Positions 38,411 to 54,162 of a stretch of 64,000 nucleotides of DNA are shown here, piece after piece. Origin of the DNA: Seison nebaliae (lineage: Eukaryota); NCBI GenBank assembly GCA_023231475.1, contig JALJEE010000451.1:1-64000 (forward strand), read 5' to 3'. The stretch's first letter is position 1, and every line of letters starts with the position of its first letter. The position numbers and the translations under genes were made by a program. The notes under the pieces are model-generated. The model was not told the DNA's origin and ran no database searches. It saw nothing but the letters and a program-made list of their open reading frames with translations.

Positions 38411-39160
38411 ATCCTCTAATGAAATATCTCATGTTGAAGAGAAATATACGTTTGCTAAGAAAAAAAACCTTTTAATTGCGCGAGAGTTTTCGGTTGATCT
38501 GAATGAATAGATTGTCGGAAAAGAATGTTGGATATATAGTTAACTTGAAGTCATCGGTTTTATGCTTAAACGAGTTATATAATTTTCTTAATTTACTTAA
38601 TTAAATTGATATTAAACTAAAGATGTGTTATTCGCTGAGAACCATGAGGCAGAATTTTTAAAGTCGTCATAGATATGACAAGTATTACGCGTAATTCCAA
38701 TAGAAATAACAGACAAAATGGAATTATCATTTTTTATCCGCTATTAAAATTTTAATACAATAACAAAACTTACAAAACAAATAAAATTAAAAGAACAAAA
38801 ATTGACTTTACACAAAATTATAGAGTTTAAATAATCGTTTCAATTTCGAACTATTTTTTACTTTCAGCATTTTGTACCTATATATTCAAATTATTTGATT
38901 GACACTCTTTCCTATTTAATTTCTTTCTTACTTTTTCCTATTTAAAATTAATGAAAACTAAAGAAAATTATTTCATGTGAATTTTGGTGTTTTGGAGAAA
39001 ACTTGGAATATCAGAACATATATATTTTCAATGGAAATAAATAGGAGAAAATCGTTTGAAAGAATAGTTAATGTGATAGGCGAATGAAGTAAAAATATAG
39101 TCGTAGGATAATTGGAAAGTTTGGAAGTTTTAGCCGTTCCCTTAGCGGAAGGAAAAAAAA

Positions 39161-39741
39161 ATGTTGATAACATTTCAAAGGCAACTGAAATTAACTGACT
39201 TATATGACTTCGCTCTAATTAACATCGACAAATTTACGGAAACTTTCAGTCTACAATTCTACCTCCATTACGTCTTCGAATGGCCTGAATTCCAAAGAAC
39301 GATGGAAGACTTATCGGGAAACATAACCGGATATAGTTGAATTTACTTATCGTTTATATTTAATATTTTCTCATTTCTTATTGAAGTCATTGGAAAAGTA
39401 GAAGATGAACCGTTGCATGGTCATGTAACAGCATTGACCGTAGCTCCACCATTCCGTCGAGAAGGTATCGCAAAAGATTTAATGAATGATTTGGAAATTC
39501 GATCTAAAAAGTTTCCTAACAGATCACTTCCTTCAACTAAATCATCTTTTTTTTTAGGGAAGTGGCGAGTTTTGTCGATTTATATGTGCGAGCAACCAAC
39601 GAGAGAGCTATTGACATGTACGAGAAATTGGCGTACGAAAAGACTAATCTCTTGAAGAATTATTATGTGAATAGTAAAATGCAAGATGTCAATTGTCCCG
39701 ACGGTGTTGACGATGCGTATGATATGAGGAAATATCTCTAA
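39161..39741 (+). CDS. NAA20: N-alpha-acetyltransferase 20 (NatB catalytic subunit), 3 exons
   Basis: NIDKFTETFSLQFYLHYVFEWPE, GYIIGKVE, HGHVTALTVAPPFRREGIA, FVDLYVRATN and DAYDMRK. Introns 39336-39386 and 39511-39557. Confidence 0.9.
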
Positions 39742-39976
39742 ACTCAAATCTGGCTCAACTCTATTATTCGTCATCACATTCTCCAATTTATCTTAACCTC
39801 AAAATTTTTCATAATAAATTTTCAATTTTAACAGAAATTTACTTTTCTTATGTATTTTTAAGAAAAATTTTTGAAAATGTTTAATTTAAACAAATTGTTT
39901 TTTTTCGATAAAAGTCCTTTATATTTTTTTGAGAATTTTTCAAATTTTTCTTTAGACTCCTTTACTTTCATTTCTC

Positions 39977-40853
39977 CTAATTAAAATTGCTGTCGATTGG
40001 ATTAATTAGATCGGAGACTTTGTTCCTGGTGATTGGCGGTTTAGAGATACTGGAATATTCTGTCGCATTTTCCACATTAATCTTCGGTTTATATGGATTA
40101 TTATTGTCCAGATAGTCCGCAAGCCACAACTAAAATAGTATTGATAAAAAATAGAAAATTATTATAGATTAAAATAAACTAGAGGTTCTTCTGGTTTCTC
40201 TTTGCATAAATGTGTCAATGCTTCTAATAAAGTGACGGAGATGGTTTGATTTAGATAATCAATTGCCAAATGACCATGAGGTATGGGTTCGATGGGAACT
40301 GAGAAAAATATGGAAAATAATTTGAATGAAAGAAAAAACTGTGAGGGAAAAAGAAATGAATTTCTCGTTCGGCAACTGAATAATTCTCAGAGCCGTGAAG
40401 TGCATTTCTTGTATCATCTTTCCCATAACGTCCACGTAAACTAGAATGAAATGGAATTGAATTAAATTGTTAAAAAAAGAAACCAGTCAGTGGAAGAATT
40501 CCGAGCAGATTTGGGCGAACCCATTAAATGTTTCCATTTTTGTATGGCGTTGTGAGCCGAGAGAACTAACACGACTATCGGTCCACTACTCATGAATGCG
40601 ACGATATCGGAAAAATAAGGTTTACCATAATGTTCCGCATAGAAATCAGTCGCACGATCTGGTGTCAACAAAATTTTACGTTTCTAGAGAAAGTTCTGAT
40701 AGAGAAAGATGAATGAAGAAAAGGTATGTAAACTGAGATGATATGGAAATGATTTTTCTTAATGATCGATTCAATTTCTCTTGCGTATGGAAATGCATCT
40801 GGTTTGATGATGGCTAATGTCATCTCGACGAAAATTTTCGTATTATCTCCCAT
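39977..40853 (-). CDS. NME5: Nucleoside diphosphate kinase homolog 5 (axonemal) with C-terminal Dpy-30 motif, 5 exons
   Basis: TLAIIKPDA, FYAEHYGKPYF...FMSSGP, RNALHGSE and LLEALTHLCKEKPEEPLLWLADYL. Introns 40733-40684, 40483-40441, 40339-40299 and 40179-40130. Confidence 0.92.
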
Positions 40854-41205
40854 TTAAGATGAAAAGTAAATTATGAAAAGTTTATATAAAAAATAACGAA
40901 TTATGATTGCCATGGTAACAAGGTAAGAAGAGATTAGTAAAGAAAAAAAAAAGAATGATTAGAATAATTCAAATATTTAGTCTATATACAAATAAGAGGT
41001 GTCTTTAAAGAGAAAAGCTTAAATATTGAATTATGATGAAAATTAGAATTTAAAGAAAATATTAATTGTTGAATGTTGGATGACTGATTCTAAAAAGATT
41101 TCTTTTTTCAAATTAGTTGATTAATTTTTCAAGTGGAAAATTGAACGAACAGACACATATCTGTGAGTATTGTTCAAAAAAGAAATTGTTCAAAAAGTTT
41201 GAAGT

Positions 41206-42525
<1,320 letters not shown>

Positions 42526-42878
42526 ATTTTATCTGTCTCTTCTCAATAAACTTTCGATAAATGTTGATGAACATGTCAATTGGGAGAATGATTCGATTGA
42601 CATTGAACATTCTCTTTTGTTTAAATTAATTTTTGTTTTTTTGATTGGAGTTGATATTGAATGGAAAGGAGTCGAAAGGAACTATTATGATCATTAAAAA
42701 TTTTGGAGGACGAGCAACAAATGTGTCTCGAATGACGAGAAAAATAAAAAAAAAATTAAATAAATATTTGTTGATGTTCCGATTAATATTCAGATGAAAG
42801 AAAATAATAGTTCAATTCATTCCTTACATGTCTAATTAATTTAAACTCACTGTTAAGTAGTTGCAACTATTCCACAAA

Positions 42879-44135
42879 ATGAAATCGAAATGTTCAATGA
42901 CTAAAAAGTTTAATTGAAACTATTATCTTTCTCAATCAACATATTCTTTCCAATATCAGAAATTTAACCATCTCCATCATTCTTCTAATTATCGTTTTGG
43001 TATTTGGAGGTGCAATCATTTATTTCGTTGTTGATTATATTATTTCATCCAATAACGATTCATCTCCTATCGAAATCATATGGAAGAAGGATACATGTTC
43101 CAATTCTAGTTATTAAATATAATTATTAATTTCTTTAATTCTCCTCTCACTTCCATTATGTAGAGGAGAATCGGAAAGATACATCATTTCCATTTTGTTT
43201 CGATCCAATAAAAGAATCAGATAGATCAACACTCAGAATAGTTGGAGGTGTACAAGCTAAAAAAAGTCAATTTCCTTATCTAGTTCGATTGCACATGAAA
43301 AAAGCGAAATCGAAAGTGACGAATAGTTGTAGTGGTGTAATCATCGGCAAACGGATGATCATTTCTGCCGCTCATTGTTTCGTTTTCATTTTTTCTACAT
43401 TATTTTATTATCTTCTTTATCATCATCATTATCTACTAGTCGTCGTATACGTCTCTGAAAGAATTGGAAATTACATTTGGAAATGGTGAAGAATATTTTG
43501 AGAATCATTTAGGCGTCAACAATGTCATCGTCGTTAACTTTCTCCTCATTGAAATTTTAATTAGACTTCTCATTTAGCACGAATGTTATACCATGAAAAC
43601 GAATGAGAATGATATCGCGCTCATTAATTTGAATGAGGATATCAAATTCACTTCATCCATTTCTCCAATTTGTGTTGATGAGCAGAAGAATCATCAAAAC
43701 TTTTCCTATATCATCAGTGGTTGGGGATACACCACCACAAGTTACTCTCTCTTCATTCATTTCTCATCATGTTTTTCTATTCGAAGGAAAAATTGAGTTA
43801 CCAAATCGCGTCTATTTCACTGAAATATCAGCAATATCATCAGTTGATTGCAAAAATTTATTTAAGAAGAATCAAGTTCAATCGGGAACGTGGTTGAATG
43901 AAGATACTCAATTTTGTGCTGGCCGTCCCAATAGAGACAGTTGTAAAGTTTTACTTTTATTCACATAAGATTGTTACTTGGAATTTAGGGAGATTCCGGT
44001 GGTCCCCTAGTCATCAATAACGGAACGTATGCTTTATTGTTGGGCATCGTGAGTTTTGGTGATAGTCAATGTCGCGGTTTCGGAGTTTATACCAAAGTGG
44101 CATCTTATCTTCAATGGATAAGGATAAATCAATAA
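42879..44135 (+). CDS. Type II transmembrane trypsin-like serine protease (S1A), 7 exons
   Basis: N-terminal TM segment, activation site R-IVGG, catalytic motifs SAAHC, NDIAL and DSCKGDSGGP, and GVYTKV. Introns 42908-42959, 43109-43163, 43382-43439, 43533-43577, 43741-43786 and 43948-43988. Confidence 0.93.
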
Positions 44136-46334
44136 AGTACAAGGCGATGAAGAAAATGTAAATTCTTTTCAACATCATTTCAATGAGTAATTTGTATATG
44201 AAAATAAATTTTTTTTAATTATCGAAAAACCTCTTTTCATTTTATCCGAATACCGACTAATAATCATCTTATTATCTTACAATTGTTAATCTTATTTATT
44301 CCTAAACAATGATAATCTTTCCATGATATTATGTATGTGTAATTACTGAAGAATACAGAAACAAAGTCAAGAATGACTGATGGGAAATTAATGTTATACA
44401 ACGTTCTTATCTCTAGGAACCGGTCAGATTGTATCAAGATCGACGTCAATGCTAAGACCCTGCTAAGATCATCTTAATTGTTAAGTCACACGCGTCTTCC
44501 GATAATTGAACCTTAATTGCACGTGATTAAAGAAATTTCTGATGCAGTTCACTGTAATTAACCACCACCATAGTACTATAAATAGAATTCCTGAGTTTGT
44601 GATAAAAGTAGTATTAGAATGAGGTTGTGATAAAAGTCGTGCACTAACGCAAGTAATTCGATCATCGTTTCACACACTAATTTAGCACAAATATTATATC
44701 ACTCCAAATTTTCACATTACATCATCATAATGAATGGACCACGAAATAATCGCCTGAAGACGGAAAATAACGCAAACGTGTCTTCGACCAATTGGCGAGA
44801 GATGCAACCACCAGAAGTAAATATGTCAACGTTCAACTTAAATGAACAGATCTGATGATATTTCGTAAACTGACAAGTTTTAGAAAATGCACAAGAACTG
44901 GGTTCGTGGATGGATAAGTTAGAAGCAAAATTGATATAATAAAAAACACAATTATAAAACCTTGTATGAACTGTGAGTTCGGCAAAATATTGGATATCTA
45001 TAATCAGTATCCATTGACTATCGTTATTGAAAAATTTAGAAAACTGGGAACACAGAAATCAAAACGATAACAAATGTTTTAAAATAAGGAAGATGTTCTA
45101 GAAAAGCCCATATGATTAATCTTCTTTCTGTCCTAATGTGTTAACAGAAGTACCTGATACAGTTCACTGTTATTAATCACCATCATTAAAATTACATTAC
45201 TATTGTTAATTGTTAAAGACTTAAGAATTTAATTTATCACTTTATATTTTCAAACATCATCCTATCTTTCTCTTACTTTACAATTTTAATAAACTATCTT
45301 TTTAAAACTTCTTTCTATCAACTAACTACTAGTCGTATTACCACTCTCCTATCTAATTGCTACTTGTAAGTGGCCTCGTTTACAAATGTTTAAATTCTTT
45401 TTCCTATAAAGATTCGTACCAATTTATATATGCGCCTGAAGAAATTGATAATCTGAAGATGAAAACTAACAATGTTCTCATAGAAATCATTTTATATCGA
45501 GAAACGGTCTCTCATAGTTCCAAGTTTGAGTAATGTAGAAGATACTAGAAATGACTTACATATTGAAATGAAAAATCATATAGAAAAAATTACAGAATAT
45601 CTTGAAGTGTTATTGAATAAAATCTTAAATTGATTATTATGTTCATCAAATAAAATGGGTTATTCCGTCAATGATAACAATTATGGCAGGAGGAAATACT
45701 TTTTGCAGAATTTAGAAAGAATTAGGATTAGAAAATGTTTAAAATTTAATAGAGAATTTATTTTTAATTTACAAGTCATGTAACATTAAATTCATTTATT
45801 TTTCACCTTAGGAAGGGGAGAACAAACGGAGATCAGGAGACAAAATATAATCTGCGACCAATTCAAATTTCCGAATAGACAAGAGGAGATAAATGGACAG
45901 AAGAACGATCAAATCGGACAATTTTATAGTTTTTTAAATTTTTTCATCAAATTTTAGTCGGATAATTGTCGAATTTCGATTCAATTGGAATATCGACCAG
46001 ATAAACGAATTTGGGAAAGGAAAGAATTGTTAGTGGAATATGAATAGGAAAAATTAATAATTAAAAATAATGAGAAAAATGTGAGATATTAGGATAAAAT
46101 GAAAATAAGAGAAATTTAAGTGAAAGAAAACAGTTTGTGCGCTTGAAAAATATTATGAGAAAGATGAGGTGGAATTGAAGGGGAAAAAGTGAAATAGAAA
46201 ATGTGAACAATTGATGAATCGATTTTCATTTCAAGTTGTAGGCTATATAATTTGATCAGTTTCTATAGGACGTTCTAAGCCGAAGAGGAAATTTAATTTT
46301 AACGAATACGATTTGCCAATTTTTTTAAATAGAA

Positions 46335-49300
46335 ATGAGTTCATCCAAGATGAAATTTCGTGATGTGGATGATGACAACGTGTCGGAGACGAATGAAGTG
46401 AATGAAGACAATCCGTTTTATGAGAATACAGAGAAGACGCAAGCGCCATCACAAGACGACGCAGCTTATTTCGAATTTACAGATATACCCGTCGATATGG
46501 GTAATCATTCGAGAAATGGTGGAATGTGTGGTCGAGAGAAAATGTTTGATTTGGAGAAGAAAGTTAATGACAAGATACAAGATCGAACGGATAGGAAATT
46601 TGAATGTGATATGGAATATGAGGAGACGAAGAAGAATAAGAATGTTGATCAAGAGAATAATCGATTCGGTTATGAGGAAAAGAAGAAGTTCCATGAAGAG
46701 AGAGAAGAATGTGCATATTGTGGATATGATGATGATATGTGTATTGGGAAATGTCTATCATCAGGCAGATGGTTCTGTAATCGAATGAGTCGTAATGGAA
46801 GTTGTAGTCATATCGTTTATCATTTAATACGAAGTGGATTCAAACGAGTACAATTACATCCTACCGGTCCATTAGCTGGTATTGAACTCCAATGTTATTA
46901 TTGTGGAAATGACAATGTTTTCACTCTCGGTTACATTCCTGCGAAACGGGAAAGTTTCGTCATAATTCTTTGTCGGACCAATTGTCCCCAACAAGTGATC
47001 GAGGAAGCGGATTGGGATTCACATGAATGGGAACCGTTAATTAAGGAACGACGATTTCTTCCATGGATTTTGAAAGAATCGAAAAAATTGTCATCTGTCA
47101 ATAATGATAATTTGCCAATGATTACGAGAAATCAGATGGATAAAATGGAGCAGAAATGGCGATTGGAACGTGATATGCAAGAGACATCAGAATATGATGA
47201 AAAGAATATTCCTCAACTTGAACAATTGAGACATATGGAAGCGAAATATGCAAATATTGAAGAATATTGTAAAATCTTTCAAGCTTTATTGACAGTGGAA
47301 GCGGATGAAGATCGTCGTCGAAAGGAGAGTATGAAACAAACGAAAGTGAATGTTCGTTGGGAACGTGGTCTCAACAAGAAGTTGTATGTTTATTTCGAAT
47401 TATCTTTAGCGACAGATGACGTTCGATTGTTCGTTGGTGATGAAGTGAAATTAGTACGATCGATTCCCATAGAGAAAGATGAGAATGATAAATCGATTAG
47501 TCGATTAACTGCTGATTTGTCGACGTTAATTCCATTCTCTACTGATCGTACACGAATCGAAACGGAAGATGGTCGATCGAAATTTAATCATGGACATTTG
47601 ACGAGTGGTGGAAAACAATCGTCGAAGAAACAAAAACAACATGGTGATCCGAATGAATTGACGGGATATATCACTCGAGTGCCAACGCCATTTTCGAACG
47701 AATTTCAAGTTCAATTGAGTGGCGATAAATTGCAAACGGATATAGTAGATGTAGAATTAGTATGGAATAAAACACCATTTAAACGAATGCAAGAAGCATT
47801 GAAAGAATTAGAAGGTATTATGAATAAACAATTGCCTACATCTACTACCAGTCTTCGAGCAGCTCTCCAACGTGGACATTTGATATTATTGAAGAAATTA
47901 TTGGGTCAAATTTCATTTACTCAACAAACTTCTTATTTGACGTCACTTCTCCAAAAACATAATAATGTTAAGAATAATAGTAAAGGAAATTATTCGATCA
48001 AAGGTCTCCCTCAATTAAATCCCTCACAAATCGCTGCTGTTAAAGATGCTTTGAATAATGATTGTACATTAATTCAGGGACCACCAGGAACTGGTAAAAC
48101 GTCAACATCATCAACGATTGTTTATCATCTCTTCCAAGAAACGAAACAACAATTACTCGTTTGTGCTTCATCTAATTGTGCAGTAGATCAATTAGCAGAT
48201 AAAATCTATTCAACTGGTCTGAAAGTTGTACGCGTTTATTCAAAAGCGAGAGAAGCTCTCCCAACTATCGATTGTCCATATGCTCTTCATATGAAAGTTA
48301 AATCGGAAACGAATAATGAGAAATTAGCGAAATTACAAAAGTTGAAAGATGAATTTGGTGAATTGACAGTAGATGACGAGAAGGAATATATCACGATGAG
48401 ATTCGCAGCTGAATCGAGAATTTTAAGAGATGCAAATGTCATTTGTTGTACATGTATCGGAGCGTTCGATCCCAGATTAAGTGGTATGAATTTCCCCATC
48501 GTTCTCATTGACGAATCGACGCAAGCTGGAGAAATTCAATGTATGATACCAATAACGAAAGGATGTGGCAAATTGATATTAGTAGGAGATTATTGTCAAT
48601 TAGGACCGATCGTCTTATCGACACATGCAGCTGCTGCTGGACTTAATTCTAGTTTATTCGAAAGATTATTAGTTTTGGGAGCGAAACCGATTCGATTACA
48701 AGTTCAATATCGAATGCATCCTTTCCTCTCCAAATTCCCATCGAATACTTTCTATGAAGGTTCACTTCAGAACGGCGTAACGGAAAGCGAACGAACATTA
48801 GATGTATTAGCGAAAGGTTCCTTCACTTGGCCAGTTGAACATATTCCCACATTCTTTTATTGTTGTAATGGACAAGAAGAGATATCAGCGACGGGGAAAA
48901 GTTGTCTCAATCGAATGGAAGCGACATATGTGAGAAATATTGTCGTACGTTTATTACGATGTGGATTGAATCCGGAACAAATTGGTATAATGACACCATA
49001 TGAAGGACAACGATCATTTTTATTCCAACATATTCATCATTCTGGAGAGATATCAGTAGAGCATTGTGGTGAATTAGAAATATCATCAGTTGATGCGTTT
49101 CAAGGTCGAGAAAAAGATTTCATCATTTTAAGTTGTGTACGATCGAATGTGAAGCAAGGTATCGGATTCTTGAAAGATCCACGACGACTTAATGTCGCTA
49201 TTACTCGTGCAAAGTTTTAAATATTTATTTTATTCTATAATTTAGAAATTATCTTTTCCTTCTAATTCTTATTATAGATATGGATTGATTATTATTGGAA

Positions 49301-50446
49301 ATGCGAAATTGTTATCGGAAGATAATATTTGGAATCATCTTCTTCATTTTTATCAGAATGAGAATTTGTTAGTTGAAGGACCATTGAATCAATTGAAAAA
49401 ATCGAAAATAATCCTACATCAATTGGCACCATTAAAGAATCCGATTAATCCTGTTTAATTTCTTTAATTTCTTTCTCATCTCATTATTATTATTTATTCC
49501 AATTCTTTTAAAGGGATATCATTTCGCTTTCAAAAACTTTAGTCGATCCAATGCTGATGGTGATGGAAATGGAAGAAATGGAAAGAATGACGAATCTATC
49601 GCCAATTCACAAATGCTAATTATGATGATGATGAACGATCGACAACAACAACAACAACAACAACAAGAGAGTCAACAAGGAAATGATCAATCAAATATGT
49701 CGAATCAAGGAACATTTGCGAATGATCGAGATATTCCATTATCAATTCCCAAATTTCTACCTGGTCGTTATAGTCAATTTGGGAGTACATCAAATAATTA
49801 TGGATCAGATATGATAACACAATCATCAATGAATATGCAAATGCCGATGTCGAATTCGAATGTTCATTATCCACCATCACTCCAACAACCACCACCATCT
49901 CATTCCAATCATCAGGATAATTCATATGAAATGACACAGACGAATGGTGTAGATAAGAGGAATCCAGTCAATCAAATTTATTATGAGAATAAAGACTCTC
50001 GATGTGTGTCATCTGAAGAATTCAGTCAATCCAATAACAAGAACAATTACAACAACAGTGTTCGATATGTCCAAAACCGTAATCGCAATCAGCAACCATC
50101 TCATCCGATTATGGAGAGATATCCTGTTCCATTCAATTTGTTCGTCCCTCCAACAATCGATCAGTCTCAAGTTCATTCGATGGGCGATAATCATTCGCAT
50201 CAACAATCGAACAATTTCACCGATCATCTCTCCTCTCAATCCCAAACTCAATTGACTCAATTTGGCAATGAGGAAGGTTCCCAAATGTTATACACTCAAC
50301 ATCCCGGCCAATTATCTGATCAACGAAATTATCAATTCTCTCAACAGATGCCACAATCACAATTGACGACGGAGACTATGCACAGTCAATTGTCATTCCC
50401 TGATGGGAATTTCTCCCAATTTCCTGAAAATGATCGTCACTTATAA
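46335..50446 (+). CDS. UPF1: Regulator of nonsense transcripts 1 (UPF1 helicase), 3 exons
   Basis: CH zinc domain (CAYCG...RWFCN...SHIVYHL, LQCYYCG), [43 protein letters not shown] and an SQ/TQ-rich tail. Introns 49214-49277 and 49453-49513. Confidence 0.96.
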
Positions 50447-51200
50447 ACGATCATCAACATTGGAAGTCTAACAACGTTTCATTATGCATCCCCTCACGCA
50501 ATGTGTATTGCGTTTAAATTTTTTTTTTTAGATTGACAATATATCTATCGTCTCGTTTCAGAAGCATCCTCCTTTTCCTCTATGGATATCGTCCACCTTT
50601 TTTCTCAAATGGTAAAAAGAGAATAGAACGAATTGATTCGGCATTTTTATTTCATCTTTCATTTCCTCAATAATCCAGACACATACACATACGAGGGATA
50701 TTTGTGTCTTTGGGATGATGATTGTTTGTGTGAGAGAAAGAAATAAAATTCATTTTCACCATTACGATCAGATTAATTAGTTTTCAAACGTTTCTTGTCT
50801 ATCCGCACATGTTTTCCACAAAGATAAAAATAAAAAGAAAATTAAATAAATTAAAATTGATTTGAATTCCTGTAGCAATCGATTAAAATGGAAATGATTA
50901 GTCCCAAAATCTTCAAAGCATCAACATCTCATACTCCATTGCCTTCTCCTCCTCCTCCTCCTCACTAATATGAGATTTGTCAGGAAAGGGCAAATGTCAG
51001 TGAAGAATAGTTGCCTCCGAATTTTAGCGACAAAAAAAAAGGATTAGTAGGAGAGAAAAGAAGAAAAATAAAATTCACATCGGAATCAATGTCTTCTGTG
51101 AGTTGATCGTGTGTAGGTGTGTTTTTTGTGTATGTTGATCCTTTCTCAGAATGACATGTGATTTTTAAGAGCAAACATTTCAATCGAATAAGTTAAATGG

Positions 51201-52071
51201 TTATTCCATTTGATAGTGGGGAGTTTCCATTTCTCGTTGATACGAACCTTTTGTGACGACATATGAAACGATCAATCCAAAGAAGACGATACACATTCCA
51301 TAGATGTTGATGAGAACGCCTTCTCCCGACATTTCATTATATCTTTTTTAAATATGAGAATTAATCGAGAATAAATAGAATTGAGAAATTTGATTAGAAG
51401 AAACTTGATAGATGCAGAAATGAATGTCACTTTTTCCATAATTCCCAAGAGAGCGGAAAGACAAGATAAAATGAAAATTGCCACACCCCAAAATCTGTGT
51501 TTGGGCATTAATGCTGTGCGTAACGTGTCACTGAGTTTGGGAAAGAGAAATGCAACGAAGCCAGACATCCATTGCAAAGTGAAGAGAATTATTGTCGTCA
51601 TACCAATCCATGAATGGAGTGTGTACATATTGGGAATTGGTGGCTCTTTCAAATTGTGAGTGTCGAATACAGCCACCAATCCCACGATGGAGAAGATGAA
51701 TGCAGCCATATGCAATGTAGCATGTATTATTTTTATGTGTGTTTTCTTCATGTTTCGAAAGACACGAAACAACAATATCGCTAATAAAATACAATTGATA
51801 ATGAGAGAAATAATGATGATGATAAGAAAATCGAACAATTCCCATAGAAGAAGATGAGACCGATCGTCATGAATAAAGGATGATAATTAAATTCCCGAGT
51901 TAAATCAGAACGACCAGCTAAACCGCCTCGATATTTCCAAATCCAAAAACTTACGAGAACAATGGCGAGAGAACCGAACACTTCGGCAATCACCACCAGA
52001 ATGGAGAAGATGTTCGCCATTCGCTTTCCATTATTAGCTGTGTCCATTAGATTCCGTTGACTATCGTACAT
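51201..52071 (-). CDS. Cytochrome b561 family transmembrane ascorbate-dependent reductase, 3 exons
   Basis: FNYHPLFMTIG, KIIHATLH, NMYTLHSWIG and PKHRFWG supply four heme-ligand His. Introns 51836-51781 and 51404-51343. Start at 52071 or 52047. Confidence 0.92.
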
Positions 52072-52555
52072 CGAACGAGAGAATCCTGAGAAAAGTTCCA
52101 CGTAGCACACTTATCTTCTCTGCTTATACAAATGGTTTGTCGATCTTTTGTTATGTTAGATAAAATTATCGGATAAAAATTATTTTAAATAAAATTCAAA
52201 GGAAATTACGTAGAGCAACCTCCACTTGATCTGGTGTAAAATGAATTAAATTGATCATTTTCCAATACAAAGCTTGATATAAAATTTTATATTTATATTT
52301 TATTTTATTTATTTAACATTTATTTATTTAACATAAATTTATATAATAACAATTTTTATTCATTATAATTAAATGTTCTTGATCAATTATTAAAAATATT
52401 CGTAAAAATATTTGGAGATCCAACAAACAATTCCTCTATCAATAACAAAATTTTCATATCTCTTCAATTTTTAGCTTTGACGTCAAATCATTTCAATTTC
52501 CCCATTTTCAAAACAATAACATCAATCAACAATTGTCAATCTTAAAGATATGATA

Positions 52556-53891
52556 TCATGATAAAATCTTTGAGATTTGATGAGTTTTATCTGTCGATCG
52601 AAATTCATTGTAATCGCCAAATAGCTTAATAGCTAAACTGTAACTACTCTTGTCCCATCCACCATTATGCGTACCGTTGACAATGCGGACTAAGCACGAT
52701 CGATTTTGATTGGAACAACGAACGATGTCATATAATTGTTCCATCATCGACGGTGGTACCTGAAATGAATGGAGAAGAATGAAGAGATGAAATGAAAGAA
52801 ATGTGAACTAATTCATCCATTTCACCCGAGAGAAATAGAATTGGAATATTCTTACTGATCATTTTGAGTTTTCCTTCTGAATTGAATTTGGAAGCGACGA
52901 GAAAATTTGGCAATTTGTTGACCCAATTTGCACCAGCGATCTCTCTTCCCATTTTTGGTATGGAAAGGAATGTGTTATCGATAATGACTCCCGCCAAATC
53001 ATTTTGTCGTCGATACATGAGATCGATGGCGACTGCTCCACCTAAACTTCGTCCAAATAAAATAATTGGCAATTTGGGAAAATTGTTTTTGACGAAATCG
53101 AGAACATATAATGAATCTTTCTCCAAATATTTCTCATTAGGGAAGGAGGACGATAATCCAAATCCACGATATTCTACCAACAGAATGTGACAATTGAAAA
53201 TGTTCTGGAATTTGGGTATTTCATATTGACGATCGAAAACAGAACCGGCATTCCCATGGAAATGGATGATGAAAATCTCCTTCAACTTTTTATTGGTGAG
53301 AGAATTGGGCGGGAAATAAAGTGAATGGATTTTATTATCATCGAATGATTTAATATGAATGGATTTAGTGAAGAGATTAGATTGAGATTGTTGATGGAGT
53401 GCTGAATAGGTTGATGTTTTCCTTATTGGAGTATTGAGAGAGAATAGATCGTGAATATCCAATAATTGATGTCGTCGCAAATAGGCGGAATAAAGTAAAT
53501 TTGGATAGAAGAGAAACGAATCCTCCAACTTGTACAAAATGTTGAGGAGACAAATGGAGAAGATGAGAAGAAGTAATAAGAAGAATATAAAATTGTATAT
53601 GATCGAATAAATGGTAAGAAGAGGTAGAAGAATAAGAAATGAATTCCGACACATCTCCTTCTTGTCACCAAATGATTTTTGATAAATGAATTGAATAGTT
53701 TGAAAGAAATCGAACGATGAATTATTTTTCTTCAAATTCATGATGTCTTTATCCATCTGTGATATCCAACTGTCATCCAAAATGACATTCTCTTCACAAT
53801 CACTCTCTCCCGACACATAACCAAATGATTCGTCGACCGACTCATTCTCCAGACGGATAAATGGAGTGTTCTTCATTTCCCCATCAAACAT
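52556..53891 (-). CDS. ABHD13: Alpha/beta hydrolase ABHD13-like, 2 exons
   Basis: TM anchor, FHGNAG, EYRGFGLS, nucleophile GRSLGGAVA, DNTFLSIP, DELVPP and GTHN. Intron 52808-52760. Start uncertain. Confidence 0.85.
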
Positions 53892-54162
53892 CTGTCCAAT
53901 GGGAAATGCAGGTGATGAAAAAGAAAAAAAGTTTTTGAAAAAAAAAATAATTGGATATGTCAAAGGTGAAATGGATTGAGGAGGGGCAAAAGAGTGAACA
54001 AGCTTCAAAATTGAAGATGACACTCTCTTAATCCATTCAACACATGGAGGAAGTGGATTGAAGAAAATAATAAAGTTTCCCAAAATTCTTCCGAAACAAT
54101 CTTCATTTATATTTTACGAAAATTCAAAATTTAACCTTACGATCTGGTGTGGACGAATATCC

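Noticed and set aside
44400..45000. Repeated TTGTGATAAAAGT word and a short gag-like stretch, possibly an LTR element remnant
   Set aside because: No paired LTRs, primer-binding site or pol motifs found.
53892..54162. Apparent 5' overlap of ORFs 52728-54083 and 54058-57588
   Set aside because: Artefact of longest-ORF calling; plausible ATG starts at 53891 and 54163 do not overlap.
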